Shown here: in pieces, positions 1-8,398 of the stretch
How positions within the stretch are numbered: the first letter of the stretch is position 1
How the letters are laid out: each line of letters begins with the position of its first letter
Assembly: GCA_044225365.1 (NCBI GenBank)
Contig: JBGAIQ010000086.1
Span: 1-15,372 of the forward strand
Reading direction: 5' to 3'
DNA from: Planctomycetota bacterium
Lineage (GTDB): Bacteria; Planctomycetota; B15-G4; JADJEK01
DNA length: 15,372 bases
The notes under the pieces: model-generated
Database searches by the model: none
What the model was told of the DNA's origin: nothing
Seen by the model: only the letters and a program-made list of their open reading frames with translations
Translations under genes and position numbers: made by a program

Positions 1-3
1 GAC

Positions 4-223
4 GGAGCCCGGCGGTCCGATATCGCCGGACCGCCAGGCTCTAGCCTGGCTCTTCTTCTTCCCTTCCGGGGCGGATCCCGGCGGTCCGGAAACGATGCCG
101 GGCTGGAGCCCGGCGGTCCGATATCGCCGGACCGCCAGGCTCTAGCCTGGCTCTTCTTCTTCCCTTCCGGGGCGGATCCCGGCGGTCCGGAAAAGATGCC
201 GGGCTGGAGCCCGGCGGTCCGAT
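4..223. repeat. 101-bp tandem repeat (2 full copies + partial third) built from inverted REP-like palindromes (BIME/REPIN-like)
   Basis: Units start at 4, 105 and 206; copies 1 and 2 differ only at 93(C)/194(A). Each unit holds GGACC-GCCAGGCT-CT-AGCCTGGC (28-50), a degenerate copy (~66-87) and the inverted GCCGGGCT-GG-AGCCCGGC-GGTCC (97-119). It may continue left of the window. Confidence 0.9.
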
Positions 224-1201
224 CTACCCGTCGGCCTTGCTGACGAAGCCGTCCTTGTTCTTGTCGAGGCGCTCGAAGATCGCGTCGGAACCCGGGAATT
301 CCTTGCGGCTCACCTTCTTGTCGGCGTTGAGGTCGAAGCGCGCGATGAAGTCGATCTCCATGTTCGCGAGTTGGAGGTCCTGCGCCGTCTTCAATGCCTT
401 GTCCAGTTCGGAGCGATTCGTGGCGCCGTCGCCGTCGGTGTCGTAGCGATCGAGCACCCCGCCGAGCGTGCCGCCGGCCTCGCCCTTCTCGATCTTGCCG
501 TCCTTGTTCTTGTCGAGCTTCTCCATCACGGTGTCGACGCTCTGATTCGCGATCGCGGCGAGGCCGTTGCCTTCGTGCCAGTCGATCTCGTCGGGCGAGA
601 GTCGTCCGTCCTTGTTCTTGTCGTGCGAGCGGAACTCCGCGTCGTCCGGCTTGAACTCGGTCCACTGCACGAGGCCGTCCTTGTTGCGATCGAAGCGATC
701 GAGGACGTGCTGCCCCTCGCCCGTGAATTCCTTGTTGAAGGCTCCGAAGTGCGCGATCTGATCGGCTTCATCGAGATCGATGGCGCCGTCCTCGTCGGCG
801 TCCGCCGCGGCGAAGAACAGCGCGCGGTGCTCGGACTCATCGATCTGGCCGTCGTGATTCTTGTCGTAATCGACGACGTCGAGGCGCTCGAGGCGATCCT
901 TGAGCGACGTGTTGTAGTCGCGTCCCTTCGCTAGTTCTCCGAGCACGAGATCCGGTCGCTTCTCGATCTCGGCGAGCGTCAGGAAGCCGTCCTTGTTGCC
1001 GTCGATCTCCTTGAAGATCGTCTTCTTCAGCTTCCACTCGTCGGGGCCGAGCTTGCCGTCCTTGTTGTAGTCGGTCGCCTTGAACAGCGTCTTGATCGGC
1101 GAGTCCTTCGCGGCTTCCTTGCCGTCCTCCCGCGCGAGGGCGCGCGACTCCAGGGCCGAGACGACGACGAGCAGGGCGATCGTGCTTCGGAGCGTGTTCA
1201 T
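224..1201 (-). CDS. Secreted multi-EF-hand calcium-binding protein (10 EF-hand loops)
   Basis: Signal peptide MNTLRSTIALLVVVSALESRALA with GAGG upstream of the ATG at 1201; an alternative ATG at 1231 overlaps the upstream stop (ATGA). Loops: DYNKDGKLGPDE, DGNKDGFLTLAE, DKNHDGQIDESE, DADEDGAIDLDE, DRNKDGLVQWTE, DKNKDGRLSPDE, DKNKDGKIEKGE, DTDGDGATNRSE, DLNADKKVSRKE, DKNKDGFVSKAD. Confidence 0.92.
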   Translation of the reverse strand: MNTLRSTIALLVVVSALESRALAREDGKEAAKDSPIKTLFKATDYNKDGKLGPDEWKLKKTIFKEIDGNKDGFLTLAEIEKRPDLVLGELAKGRDYNTSLKDRLERLDVVDYDKNHDGQIDESEHRALFFAAADADEDGAIDLDEADQIAHFGAFNKEFTGEGQHVLDRFDRNKDGLVQWTEFKPDDAEFRSHDKNKDGRLSPDEIDWHEGNGLAAIANQSVDTVMEKLDKNKDGKIEKGEAGGTLGGVLDRYDTDGDGATNRSELDKALKTAQDLQLANMEIDFIARFDLNADKKVSRKEFPGSDAIFERLDKNKDGFVSKADG

Positions 1202-1227
1202 GGCGAACCTCGGTTCCTCGTGCGGAC

Positions 1228-4200
1228 TCATTGGCCGTCCTGCTTCTTGTTCGGGTTCGAATTGGGCTTCTGCCTCGGATTCGGCGGTCCTCTGCCGTCC
1301 TCACCCGTCGTCGGCCCGGTCGGGATGGGCTTGCGATCGAGCGGGACCTTCAGGATACGGTCGACCTCGAGTCGCGTGAAGTAACGCGACCCGTCGTGCG
1401 AGATGTCCTTCTGCGGCGCGCCGGACTCATCGATCAGTCGATCGAGCGGGAACGTCTCGATGGCCGTCGCGACGGCTCCGCGCATTCCGGCGAACTGGGC
1501 GACGCCCATCGGTTCCTTGCTCTTGCTGACGTCGATGATCTCGAGCAGCGCTCCGCTCGTGACGACCGCGTAGGTCTGCAGGAACGGCGGATTGAAGAGA
1601 TGCATCAGCGAGACGTTGCGGCAGTCCGACGACAACCGCGCCGTTCCCACGATCTCGGGCTTGTAGGGGTTCGTGGCCTTCACGACCGCGAGCCGCCCCT
1701 GAGCCGCGTTCTGCGATGCGACTGTCACGTAGAAGTAGTCGTTCTCGACCGTCTTGATCGCGCCGTCCGGACTTCCGAGATCGACGTGCATTCCCGCGGC
1801 GACTCCCGTGACCGTCGTCTTGCCCACCTGATTGCGCCCCACCCTCCCGCCGAGCGCGCCGTATCCGAGCAGCGGGACGGGATGCGTGGGATCGGTGACG
1901 TCGGCGACCTTGAAACCATTCGCTTCGCACGCGAGCCCGACGAGGATCTGCATCTGCGAGCGCATCTCGAGCGCGCTTCCAGTGCTCGGACGCGACGGCA
2001 GCTGCAGGATCGCGATCTGTCGCGCGAGATTGCTGTCGGCTCCGACCTCGCCCTGCTCGAAGAAGCTGAGCTTCGACGCGACCTTCGGCTCGCGCGAGTT
2101 CGTGACGTCGACCACGACGAGCCCTTCTTCGTAATCGGCGACGAAGAGGTGCGGCCACTCGAGGACGAGATCGCGGGCGTCCTTCAGCTTGAGTTCGGAG
2201 AGCGGCTTCGGATCGAGCGGATCGGCGACGTCGTAGATCGCGAGCCCGCGCTTGCCCATCGCGACGTAGAATCGATCGGCGGCCTTCACGACGCTCTGCG
2301 CATCGTCGAGCTTCAGGAACTTCTTCTCCTTCGGGATGCCCGGGTTCGAGAGATCGACGACGTCGACGCCGCGACTCGCGCACGCGAGGTACGCGACCTT
2401 CGCGAATCCCTGCAGTGGATCGCATTCGAGCGCGATGTCGACGACTCCCAGTTCGGGAACGTTCGCGAGCGGAGTCGAGTCCGACAGCTTCTTCCTATCG
2501 ATGCCGAAGACGTCCATCCCGCGCGACGAGCCGACGAAGAAGAAGTTCCGCGCGAGGTGGAAGTTCGCGTTCGGCGACCCGAGACCGAGCGCAACGGGAT
2601 TGCGATGGCAGTCGACGCAGTCGCGCGCGACCTTGCGCGTCGTGTGCAGTTGATGGTGGATGAGCGTCATCCCGGACATGCCGGCGCCCGTCACGGGCAT
2701 CACCTGGTCGAGCACCGTCTTGCCCTGGGCGTCGGACACCGAGCCCATGCTCGAGAATCCGACGAGGTAGGGCGCGATCATCTTGTCGCTGTTGAACCCG
2801 AGGTAGAGACCCCGCATCGTCGCGAAGACCTTCTCCTGCGTGTTGACGCGCCCGATAGTCCGTTCGCCCGACATCATGTCGAGCTGCGTGAACTGCTCCT
2901 GACGTTCGAATTGGAAGCCGAAGAAGTTCGGGCTCCATGCGGCGTGACAGGTGTAGCACTCGAGTCGACCGTGCGCGCTCGTCATCGCTTCGGCCGCGCG
3001 GGCGTTGTAGTCCGGATGGCGCGGATTCACGATGTACGCCGCCTGCTTCACCTCGTGCTTCTCGCCCGTCACCTTCGAGACGAGGAAGTAGCTCGCGCCC
3101 TCCTTCACGAGGTTCTTGATCGGCGATCCGCGCGAAGTCTTCAGGTTGCTCGGCTGCTCGAACGTGCCATGACAGTCCGAGCACTCGATCTCGATCGCCT
3201 GCGGCATCTGCCCGTAGAGCGCGCCGTCGCCCATCACGTCCTTCACCGTGTGGCAATCGATGCAGGCCATCCCCTTTTCGTGATGGATGTCCGGTGGACA
3301 GAGATTCGGATCGTTGTTGTAGAAAGCGCGATTCTGCTGCGCCGACGTCGTTCCCTTCACTTCGGGGCCCGCCGGCTGACCGGGATAGAGCTGCGCGAGC
3401 CCTCGGAAGTTGAGTCCGACCGAGGCATCGCCGTAGTGGCAGTGCGTGCAGTTCTCCGTCGGGATCGCGGACGTGAGTCGATGGTGGCTCGGATGTCCCG
3501 GCTCGAACTTGTTCACCGTGGGATCGCCCGATTGCGAGAGTCCGTTGTCGGCGTAGACGACGTGACAGCCCGCGCATCCCTCGGATCGATAGTCCCCGTC
3601 GAAGCCGAGGCGACCCCGCAGCGCCTGCCCGGTCGAATAGAAATGACACCGCACGCAGTTCTTCGGCGCGAGATCGAGATAGTGCGTCGCGAACTGATCG
3701 CGCGGTTTCGTCGCGTCGAACGCGGGCAACGCGAGCAGGTGATCCGGAAGGACGGAGAACGACGGCTGGGACTTCTTGTCGGAACCCGCGGCTTCCGCGG
3801 TCCCCGCAACAGGATTCGCGCTCTTCGTATCGAACATCGCGAAACGCGAGCCGCGCGTCGGAAAGACGCCGCACTCGTACATGCCGTCGGACAGATGCCC
3901 CGCCGTCGTGCCGTGCAGTGATCGCGAGAAGTTCTCGCACAGACCGTGATGACATCCGCCGCAAGTCTGATCGAGGACGCGCAGATTGCTCGGGTTCTTG
4001 AATCGCAGGTAGTCGAGATCCGCCCAGTCGAGAGGCAGCACGCGCTCATCGTTCGGGAGCGGCTTCTTCGGTTTCACGTGCGCGAGTTCGCGCGTCTCCG
4101 CCTTACCGTTGCCACCGTGACAGGCAGTGCAGGTGAGCGACTCCCAGGGGTGCATCTCCTCGATGCCGAAGTGGCACGTGAGGCAGGTCTCCTCGTTCTT

Positions 4201-4308
4201 CACCGCGTTCGGACGCGGAGGCGTGGCGTCTTGGGCGATGCCACGCTGCGCGACCCCGAATCCGAGGAGCGCGACGAGGACGGTCGCGAATCGCGTGGAC
4301 TTCGACAT
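1228..4308 (-). CDS. Exported decaheme c-type cytochrome fused to a C-terminal LVIVD-repeat beta-propeller
   Basis: Sec-type signal peptide. Ten CxxCH motifs (CLTCH, CTACH, CGGCH, CVRCH, CAGCH, CTHCH, CIDCH, CSDCH, CYTCH, CVDCH) in aa 42-568, then LVIVD-like repeats (VDVVDLSNP, LAIYDVADP, LVVVDVTNS, FKVADVTDP, LAVVKATNP, LEIIDVSKS). Start overlaps the upstream stop (TGATG). Confidence 0.93.
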   Translation of the reverse strand: MSKSTRFATVLVALLGFGVAQRGIAQDATPPRPNAVKNEETCLTCHFGIEEMHPWESLTCTACHGGNGKAETRELAHVKPKKPLPNDERVLPLDWADLDYLRFKNPSNLRVLDQTCGGCHHGLCENFSRSLHGTTAGHLSDGMYECGVFPTRGSRFAMFDTKSANPVAGTAEAAGSDKKSQPSFSVLPDHLLALPAFDATKPRDQFATHYLDLAPKNCVRCHFYSTGQALRGRLGFDGDYRSEGCAGCHVVYADNGLSQSGDPTVNKFEPGHPSHHRLTSAIPTENCTHCHYGDASVGLNFRGLAQLYPGQPAGPEVKGTTSAQQNRAFYNNDPNLCPPDIHHEKGMACIDCHTVKDVMGDGALYGQMPQAIEIECSDCHGTFEQPSNLKTSRGSPIKNLVKEGASYFLVSKVTGEKHEVKQAAYIVNPRHPDYNARAAEAMTSAHGRLECYTCHAAWSPNFFGFQFERQEQFTQLDMMSGERTIGRVNTQEKVFATMRGLYLGFNSDKMIAPYLVGFSSMGSVSDAQGKTVLDQVMPVTGAGMSGMTLIHHQLHTTRKVARDCVDCHRNPVALGLGSPNANFHLARNFFFVGSSRGMDVFGIDRKKLSDSTPLANVPELGVVDIALECDPLQGFAKVAYLACASRGVDVVDLSNPGIPKEKKFLKLDDAQSVVKAADRFYVAMGKRGLAIYDVADPLDPKPLSELKLKDARDLVLEWPHLFVADYEEGLVVVDVTNSREPKVASKLSFFEQGEVGADSNLARQIAILQLPSRPSTGSALEMRSQMQILVGLACEANGFKVADVTDPTHPVPLLGYGALGGRVGRNQVGKTTVTGVAAGMHVDLGSPDGAIKTVENDYFYVTVASQNAAQGRLAVVKATNPYKPEIVGTARLSSDCRNVSLMHLFNPPFLQTYAVVTSGALLEIIDVSKSKEPMGVAQFAGMRGAVATAIETFPLDRLIDESGAPQKDISHDGSRYFTRLEVDRILKVPLDRKPIPTGPTTGEDGRGPPNPRQKPNSNPNKKQDGQ

Positions 4309-5504
4309 CAGGCGAACAGACTGCGGATCACCTTGCCGGACGCGTAGGGCGCGTCGACGCCGAGGATCTTCGCGACCGTCGGACAGACGTCGATCGTCGC
4401 GATCATCTCCTTCACCGTCTTGCCCGACTTGAACTCGGGGCCAGCGGCGATGAGTGCAACCTTCTGGAGATCCTCGGAGCCGTCGCCGTGATCGAGGCCG
4501 TTGCGTTCGTTCAGGTTCTTGTCACGCCCGAACTCGGGCAGGACGAGGATCGCCGTCGAATCCTTGAGCTCGGGATCCTGATCGATCGCCTTCATCATCG
4601 CGCCGACTTCGGCGTCGTTGCGACGGATGATCTCCTTGTACTGGTTGTAGCTCGCATGGGCCGCGTCGGCCTGCTGCAGTGCGACGCCGAGGAGCGTCGG
4701 CTTGAACACGCGGAGGATGTTCGTCGCGATGCGCAGCGCCTTCGCGTCGGCAGCGCCCGGACCCGTGAGATTCGTCGTCTGGCCCGTGATCTCCTTCAGG
4801 ATGAATTCCTCGACGCTTCGCTGCGAAGCGTGGTCGATGCCCTTGCTCGCCTTCACGCCGAGCGCGCCCCCATCGAGCATCGCCGCGAGTTCATCGACCT
4901 TCTTCGTCTCGCCCTCGGCCTGCACCTTGGGCCGACCGAAGGTGTCGAGGATGTCCTTGAACTCGGCGTTGAAGAGGCCCTCGGGCGCGATGAGGCTCGC
5001 TCCGTAGCGACCGCCGTACTTCGGATGCAGGCCGTACGAGAAGTTCACCTGCTGATCGCCGCCCGTCGTCGAGAGCCACACCGAGTTCGCGGAGACCTGA
5101 CCGTTCTTCCGCAGGTACTCGAAGATCGTGGGATTCGTCGAACGCGCGTTCTCGCGGATGCCGAACACTTCCGTGTTGCCGGTGAAGATCGAGAGCGCCG
5201 CGCCGTAGTGACCGACGTTCTCCGCCTTCACGTTCGGGAACACGCAGCCGCGCGTGCCGAGCTGCGTGAGGCTCGGGACGTTCTGCGGCATCCCGATCGT
5301 CTCCTTGCTTCGCACGCCGCCCGCGAACGCGATCACGACGACGTGCCGCGTCTTCGCGGGAGCCGAGGCGCCAAGCGCGCTGCGCCATGGGAAGAAGGCC
5401 GCCGCCGACGCGGCGATCGCGGAGGACTTCAGGAATTCGCGACGGAAGAGGGAGCTCGCCGCGGGGCGTGCGTCGTTCCGATCGAATCGCTCGTCGTTCG
5501 TCAT
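4308..5504 (-). CDS. Tat-exported DUF1501-like / alkaline phosphatase-sulfatase superfamily protein
   Basis: Twin-arginine signal FRREFLK plus hydrophobic stretch; motifs HVVVIAFAGGVR, DAAH, LPEFGRD..N...GLDHG and IDVCPTVAKILG; GGAGG RBS upstream of the ATG. Confidence 0.82.
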   Translation of the reverse strand: MTNDERFDRNDARPAASSLFRREFLKSSAIAASAAAFFPWRSALGASAPAKTRHVVVIAFAGGVRSKETIGMPQNVPSLTQLGTRGCVFPNVKAENVGHYGAALSIFTGNTEVFGIRENARSTNPTIFEYLRKNGQVSANSVWLSTTGGDQQVNFSYGLHPKYGGRYGASLIAPEGLFNAEFKDILDTFGRPKVQAEGETKKVDELAAMLDGGALGVKASKGIDHASQRSVEEFILKEITGQTTNLTGPGAADAKALRIATNILRVFKPTLLGVALQQADAAHASYNQYKEIIRRNDAEVGAMMKAIDQDPELKDSTAILVLPEFGRDKNLNERNGLDHGDGSEDLQKVALIAAGPEFKSGKTVKEMIATIDVCPTVAKILGVDAPYASGKVIRSLFA

Positions 5505-5559
5505 GACTCGTTGCCTCCAACACTCATCTTATCGTCGATTCGAGAGCCCGTTCATCACG

Positions 5560-8268
5560 TCAGTACATCTGGTATTCGGCGCTCGACAGGATCGCCTGCA
5601 GAACGAGTCGCGGCTCGGCCGAGGGATCCGCGAGTGCGCCCACGAATGCGGCCTCTTCCGAAGGAGTCGGGTCGCGGGCAAGGAACCGCTCGAAGACCTC
5701 GTTCACGAACGCCTTGGCATCGAGGCCCTGCTTGCTCGGAAGCGCGACCTGACCCGAATCGAGCATCACCTTGGACAGAACCGACCGCAAGGGACCGGAA
5801 TCGGCGAGCGCCTGTACGGCATTGCGGAAGTTTCGGAATTCCTCGAAGGTCGGCTTGCGGCCGAGCAGATCGACGAAGACGCCGCGGATCCACATGAAGT
5901 CGCTCTTGCGTCGGGGCGCCTTGGCGGCCGCGCGATAGGCATCGCTCTTCACCCACTCGAGGACGATCGCCGGATAGCTGGCTGGCTCGGCGCGGAAGCG
6001 ATCCGCCATGCTCGCGAGCTCCGTCGCGTTCGGCGGTGAACCGACGAGCCGTTCGTAGTGTCGCGCCATCAGCTTCGTCGCGTATGCGGGCTGCTTCAGC
6101 ACGATGCCCACGAAGTCGCTCTGGCTCGCGCCGGCCTCGTTGAAGACCGTGGCCTTGTAGCCGTCGTACATCTTCTTCCCGGTCTCGAGCAGACGCGTGT
6201 CGTCCTGCACCGTGATGCCGAGCAACTGCTCGAGCACGACCGTGACGAACGTGTCGTTGCCGGGATTGCGCGCGTTGAAGTACTGCGAGATCACGATCTC
6301 GCGCGTCGCGCCGCGCAGGTCCGTCTCCTTGTTGAGGAGGCGCGAGGGCAACGCCTCGAGCTGCGGCGTGCGGGGATGGAAGTTGTCGAGGAGGAGGAAG
6401 TAGTACAGCTCGAGCTGATATAGGTTCTCGTAGAACTCGAGCGAGTGGACGAGCTGCTCGGCGAGTCGATCGCGCGGGAGCGCTTCCGCCATGAGTCGCT
6501 CGATCGGCGTCGGCGTGCGGCCGAGGAGATCGAGATAGAGCGCGCGGATCTCGCGGGCCGCAAACGGCGTCGTCGCCGCGGCGGTCCTCGGCGCAACGAA
6601 GAACTGATCGATGCGCGGCGCGGTCTCGCTCGACGCGAACAACGTGATCGAGTGCTCGCCGGCGCGCAGGAAGCCGCTCGGCAGAGCATCCTGCGAGAGG
6701 TCGAACGAGCGCGCTTTGTCGGCGACCTTCAAGGTTCCGCTGGTGATCGCGAACGATCCGCGTCCGACGAGCGCGGGCGGCGCGAGTTTCCACGCGCCGC
6801 GCGGCGTCTCGATCACCTCGCCCGAATCCGACTGCAGGACGATGCGATCCTCGGTGACGTCGAGTCTTGATCGATAAGCCTGATCGGGCCGCAGTGGCAG
6901 CCGCTTCTCGGCGAGGAGCGTGCGCGCGCCGTTCTTCACGCGCTCGATCGCGTAGCGGTTCTTCCCGAACTCGATGCCCGCGACGACGGAGCCATCGGCG
7001 CCGCCGTCGAGTTCGACGAGCAACTCCTGCGTGGAGAGATCGCCGGAATTCGACTCCGGCCGCAGCCAGCGGGCCGTGAGGTCGATCGACGACGCCGCCT
7101 CGTCGAACTGCAGGCGCGCGGCGTCGAGCGATCCGCTCGCGATCGTGAGTTCCCCACCCTGGATCTCGACTTCGCCGAGCCGCGCATGAGCGAAGACCGA
7201 AGGCAGCGCGCCGTCACCCGACAGCGCTTGGATCTCGACCGTTTTGTATCCGCTGCCCGCCTCCGCAGAGAGCTCCGTCCTCTTTCCCGCGTCGAGGGAG
7301 AGCAGGAGCGCCGGACCGTCCGAAGAGGTCGCGTCGGGCTTCTTCTCGCCCGGCGTCGCGGCGATGCGCCCGAACACTCGGTAGCCGCCCCCCGAGGGCA
7401 ACGTGAAGCGGAGCTGCGCCTCGGCGGGCGTCTTCCCGCTCGCACTCTGGTCGACGGCGAGGGCGCGGTTGCCGCTCGCGGCTGCATCGCCCTTCACGTA
7501 GAAGCCGTGATCGATCGTCGCACCTTCCGCCTCGAGCGTCGCGAAGGGCAGGGAGTCGATCGTGACCGTCGTGGTCGAGGGGTCGCTCGCGCGCACTCCG
7601 TTGTCGACGACGAGCGACATCGTGTAGGCCCCGTCGCGATCGGCGCGAAAACTCGGGTTCGCCGTGTCGGCATGCTTCAGGATCGGCGTGCTGCCGTCGG
7701 GCTTCGATTCGACGATCCAACGATACTGGAGGGAGCCGCCGCGTCGCTCGCGGCTGTGGCTGCCATCGAGGGCGATCTCCTCGCCGCGTTTCCCGGAGCG
7801 ATCACTACCCGCGTCCGCGATGGGCGCGACGTTCGTCAGCTCCACGCCCGCGATCCAATCCGCGAAGATCTTGTACTCCTCGCTCGTCTTCCCGAAATCG
7901 TATTGCGCGCCGGTATGCGGCAGGCCGCCGTCCTTGACCCTCAGGGGCTTCAGAAGCAATCGGCTCTCGAGCGGTTTTCCGAACTCGACGAATTGGAGCG
8001 CGGTCGCGAGGTTCTTCGCCGTCGCCTCCTGCGAGTAGCGCCCTTGGAAGTCGGGCCGCTCGAGGAGGAGCCGCCCCGATCCCGGCGCGCCGTGGCAGCC
8101 GCTCGTTCCGCAGTTCGCGGCGAAGATCGGCTGGATGCGCTCCTCGAAGTAGACCGGATCCGGATCGCTGCGATCGGACGTCGCCATGGCGATCGCGGCG
8201 CTTCGTCCCTTGCAGACGATTGCGACGACGGAAAGGATCGCGAGGACGAGGGTGCGGGACGGGTGCAT
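5560..8268 (-). CDS. Exported multidomain protein: planctomycete-type cytochrome c domain (CX4CH), PKD/Ig domain, CBM-like beta-sandwich, DUF1549/DUF1553-like helical C-terminus
   Basis: Signal peptide; YFEERIQPIFAANCGTSGCHG...ESRLLLKP...PHTG...DWI; APIADAGSD...LDGSHS...YRW...GAYTMSLVVDNG (PKD-like); LEAE...ASG...YRVFGR...GEHSITL...IDQF (CBM-like); three repeats LYLDLLGRTPT / VFVDLLGRKPT / FERFLARDPT and terminal ILSSAEYQ. Confidence 0.85.
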   Translation of the reverse strand: MHPSRTLVLAILSVVAIVCKGRSAAIAMATSDRSDPDPVYFEERIQPIFAANCGTSGCHGAPGSGRLLLERPDFQGRYSQEATAKNLATALQFVEFGKPLESRLLLKPLRVKDGGLPHTGAQYDFGKTSEEYKIFADWIAGVELTNVAPIADAGSDRSGKRGEEIALDGSHSRERRGGSLQYRWIVESKPDGSTPILKHADTANPSFRADRDGAYTMSLVVDNGVRASDPSTTTVTIDSLPFATLEAEGATIDHGFYVKGDAAASGNRALAVDQSASGKTPAEAQLRFTLPSGGGYRVFGRIAATPGEKKPDATSSDGPALLLSLDAGKRTELSAEAGSGYKTVEIQALSGDGALPSVFAHARLGEVEIQGGELTIASGSLDAARLQFDEAASSIDLTARWLRPESNSGDLSTQELLVELDGGADGSVVAGIEFGKNRYAIERVKNGARTLLAEKRLPLRPDQAYRSRLDVTEDRIVLQSDSGEVIETPRGAWKLAPPALVGRGSFAITSGTLKVADKARSFDLSQDALPSGFLRAGEHSITLFASSETAPRIDQFFVAPRTAAATTPFAAREIRALYLDLLGRTPTPIERLMAEALPRDRLAEQLVHSLEFYENLYQLELYYFLLLDNFHPRTPQLEALPSRLLNKETDLRGATREIVISQYFNARNPGNDTFVTVVLEQLLGITVQDDTRLLETGKKMYDGYKATVFNEAGASQSDFVGIVLKQPAYATKLMARHYERLVGSPPNATELASMADRFRAEPASYPAIVLEWVKSDAYRAAAKAPRRKSDFMWIRGVFVDLLGRKPTFEEFRNFRNAVQALADSGPLRSVLSKVMLDSGQVALPSKQGLDAKAFVNEVFERFLARDPTPSEEAAFVGALADPSAEPRLVLQAILSSAEYQMY

Positions 8269-8398
8269 GGACGAGTACTACCCCGAGACGAACGACCGGG
8301 TGACAAGCTCCAACGGAATCCACTCTTCGTGACACGATCGGGCGGAGGACCCGCGCGTGAAACGGATTCCGCGCGATCGCTGGAATCGAACGAACGCG

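Noticed and set aside
4-223. CRISPR array
   Set aside because: Whole 101-bp units are duplicated with no unique spacers, and there are no cas genes; REP-like instead.
224-1201. Lanmodulin call
   Set aside because: No Pro at loop position 2, and 10 rather than 4 hands.
1231-3921. 896-aa plus-strand ORF (also 4488-5897, 7186-8424, 9138-10376 and similar)
   Set aside because: Antisense shadows of well-supported genes, expected from high-GC codon bias; Arg-rich and without motifs.
1228-4308. MtrA/DmsE porin-cytochrome conduit
   Set aside because: Ten hemes, but the spacing, size and propeller fusion differ, and no MtrB-like beta-barrel gene is in the window.
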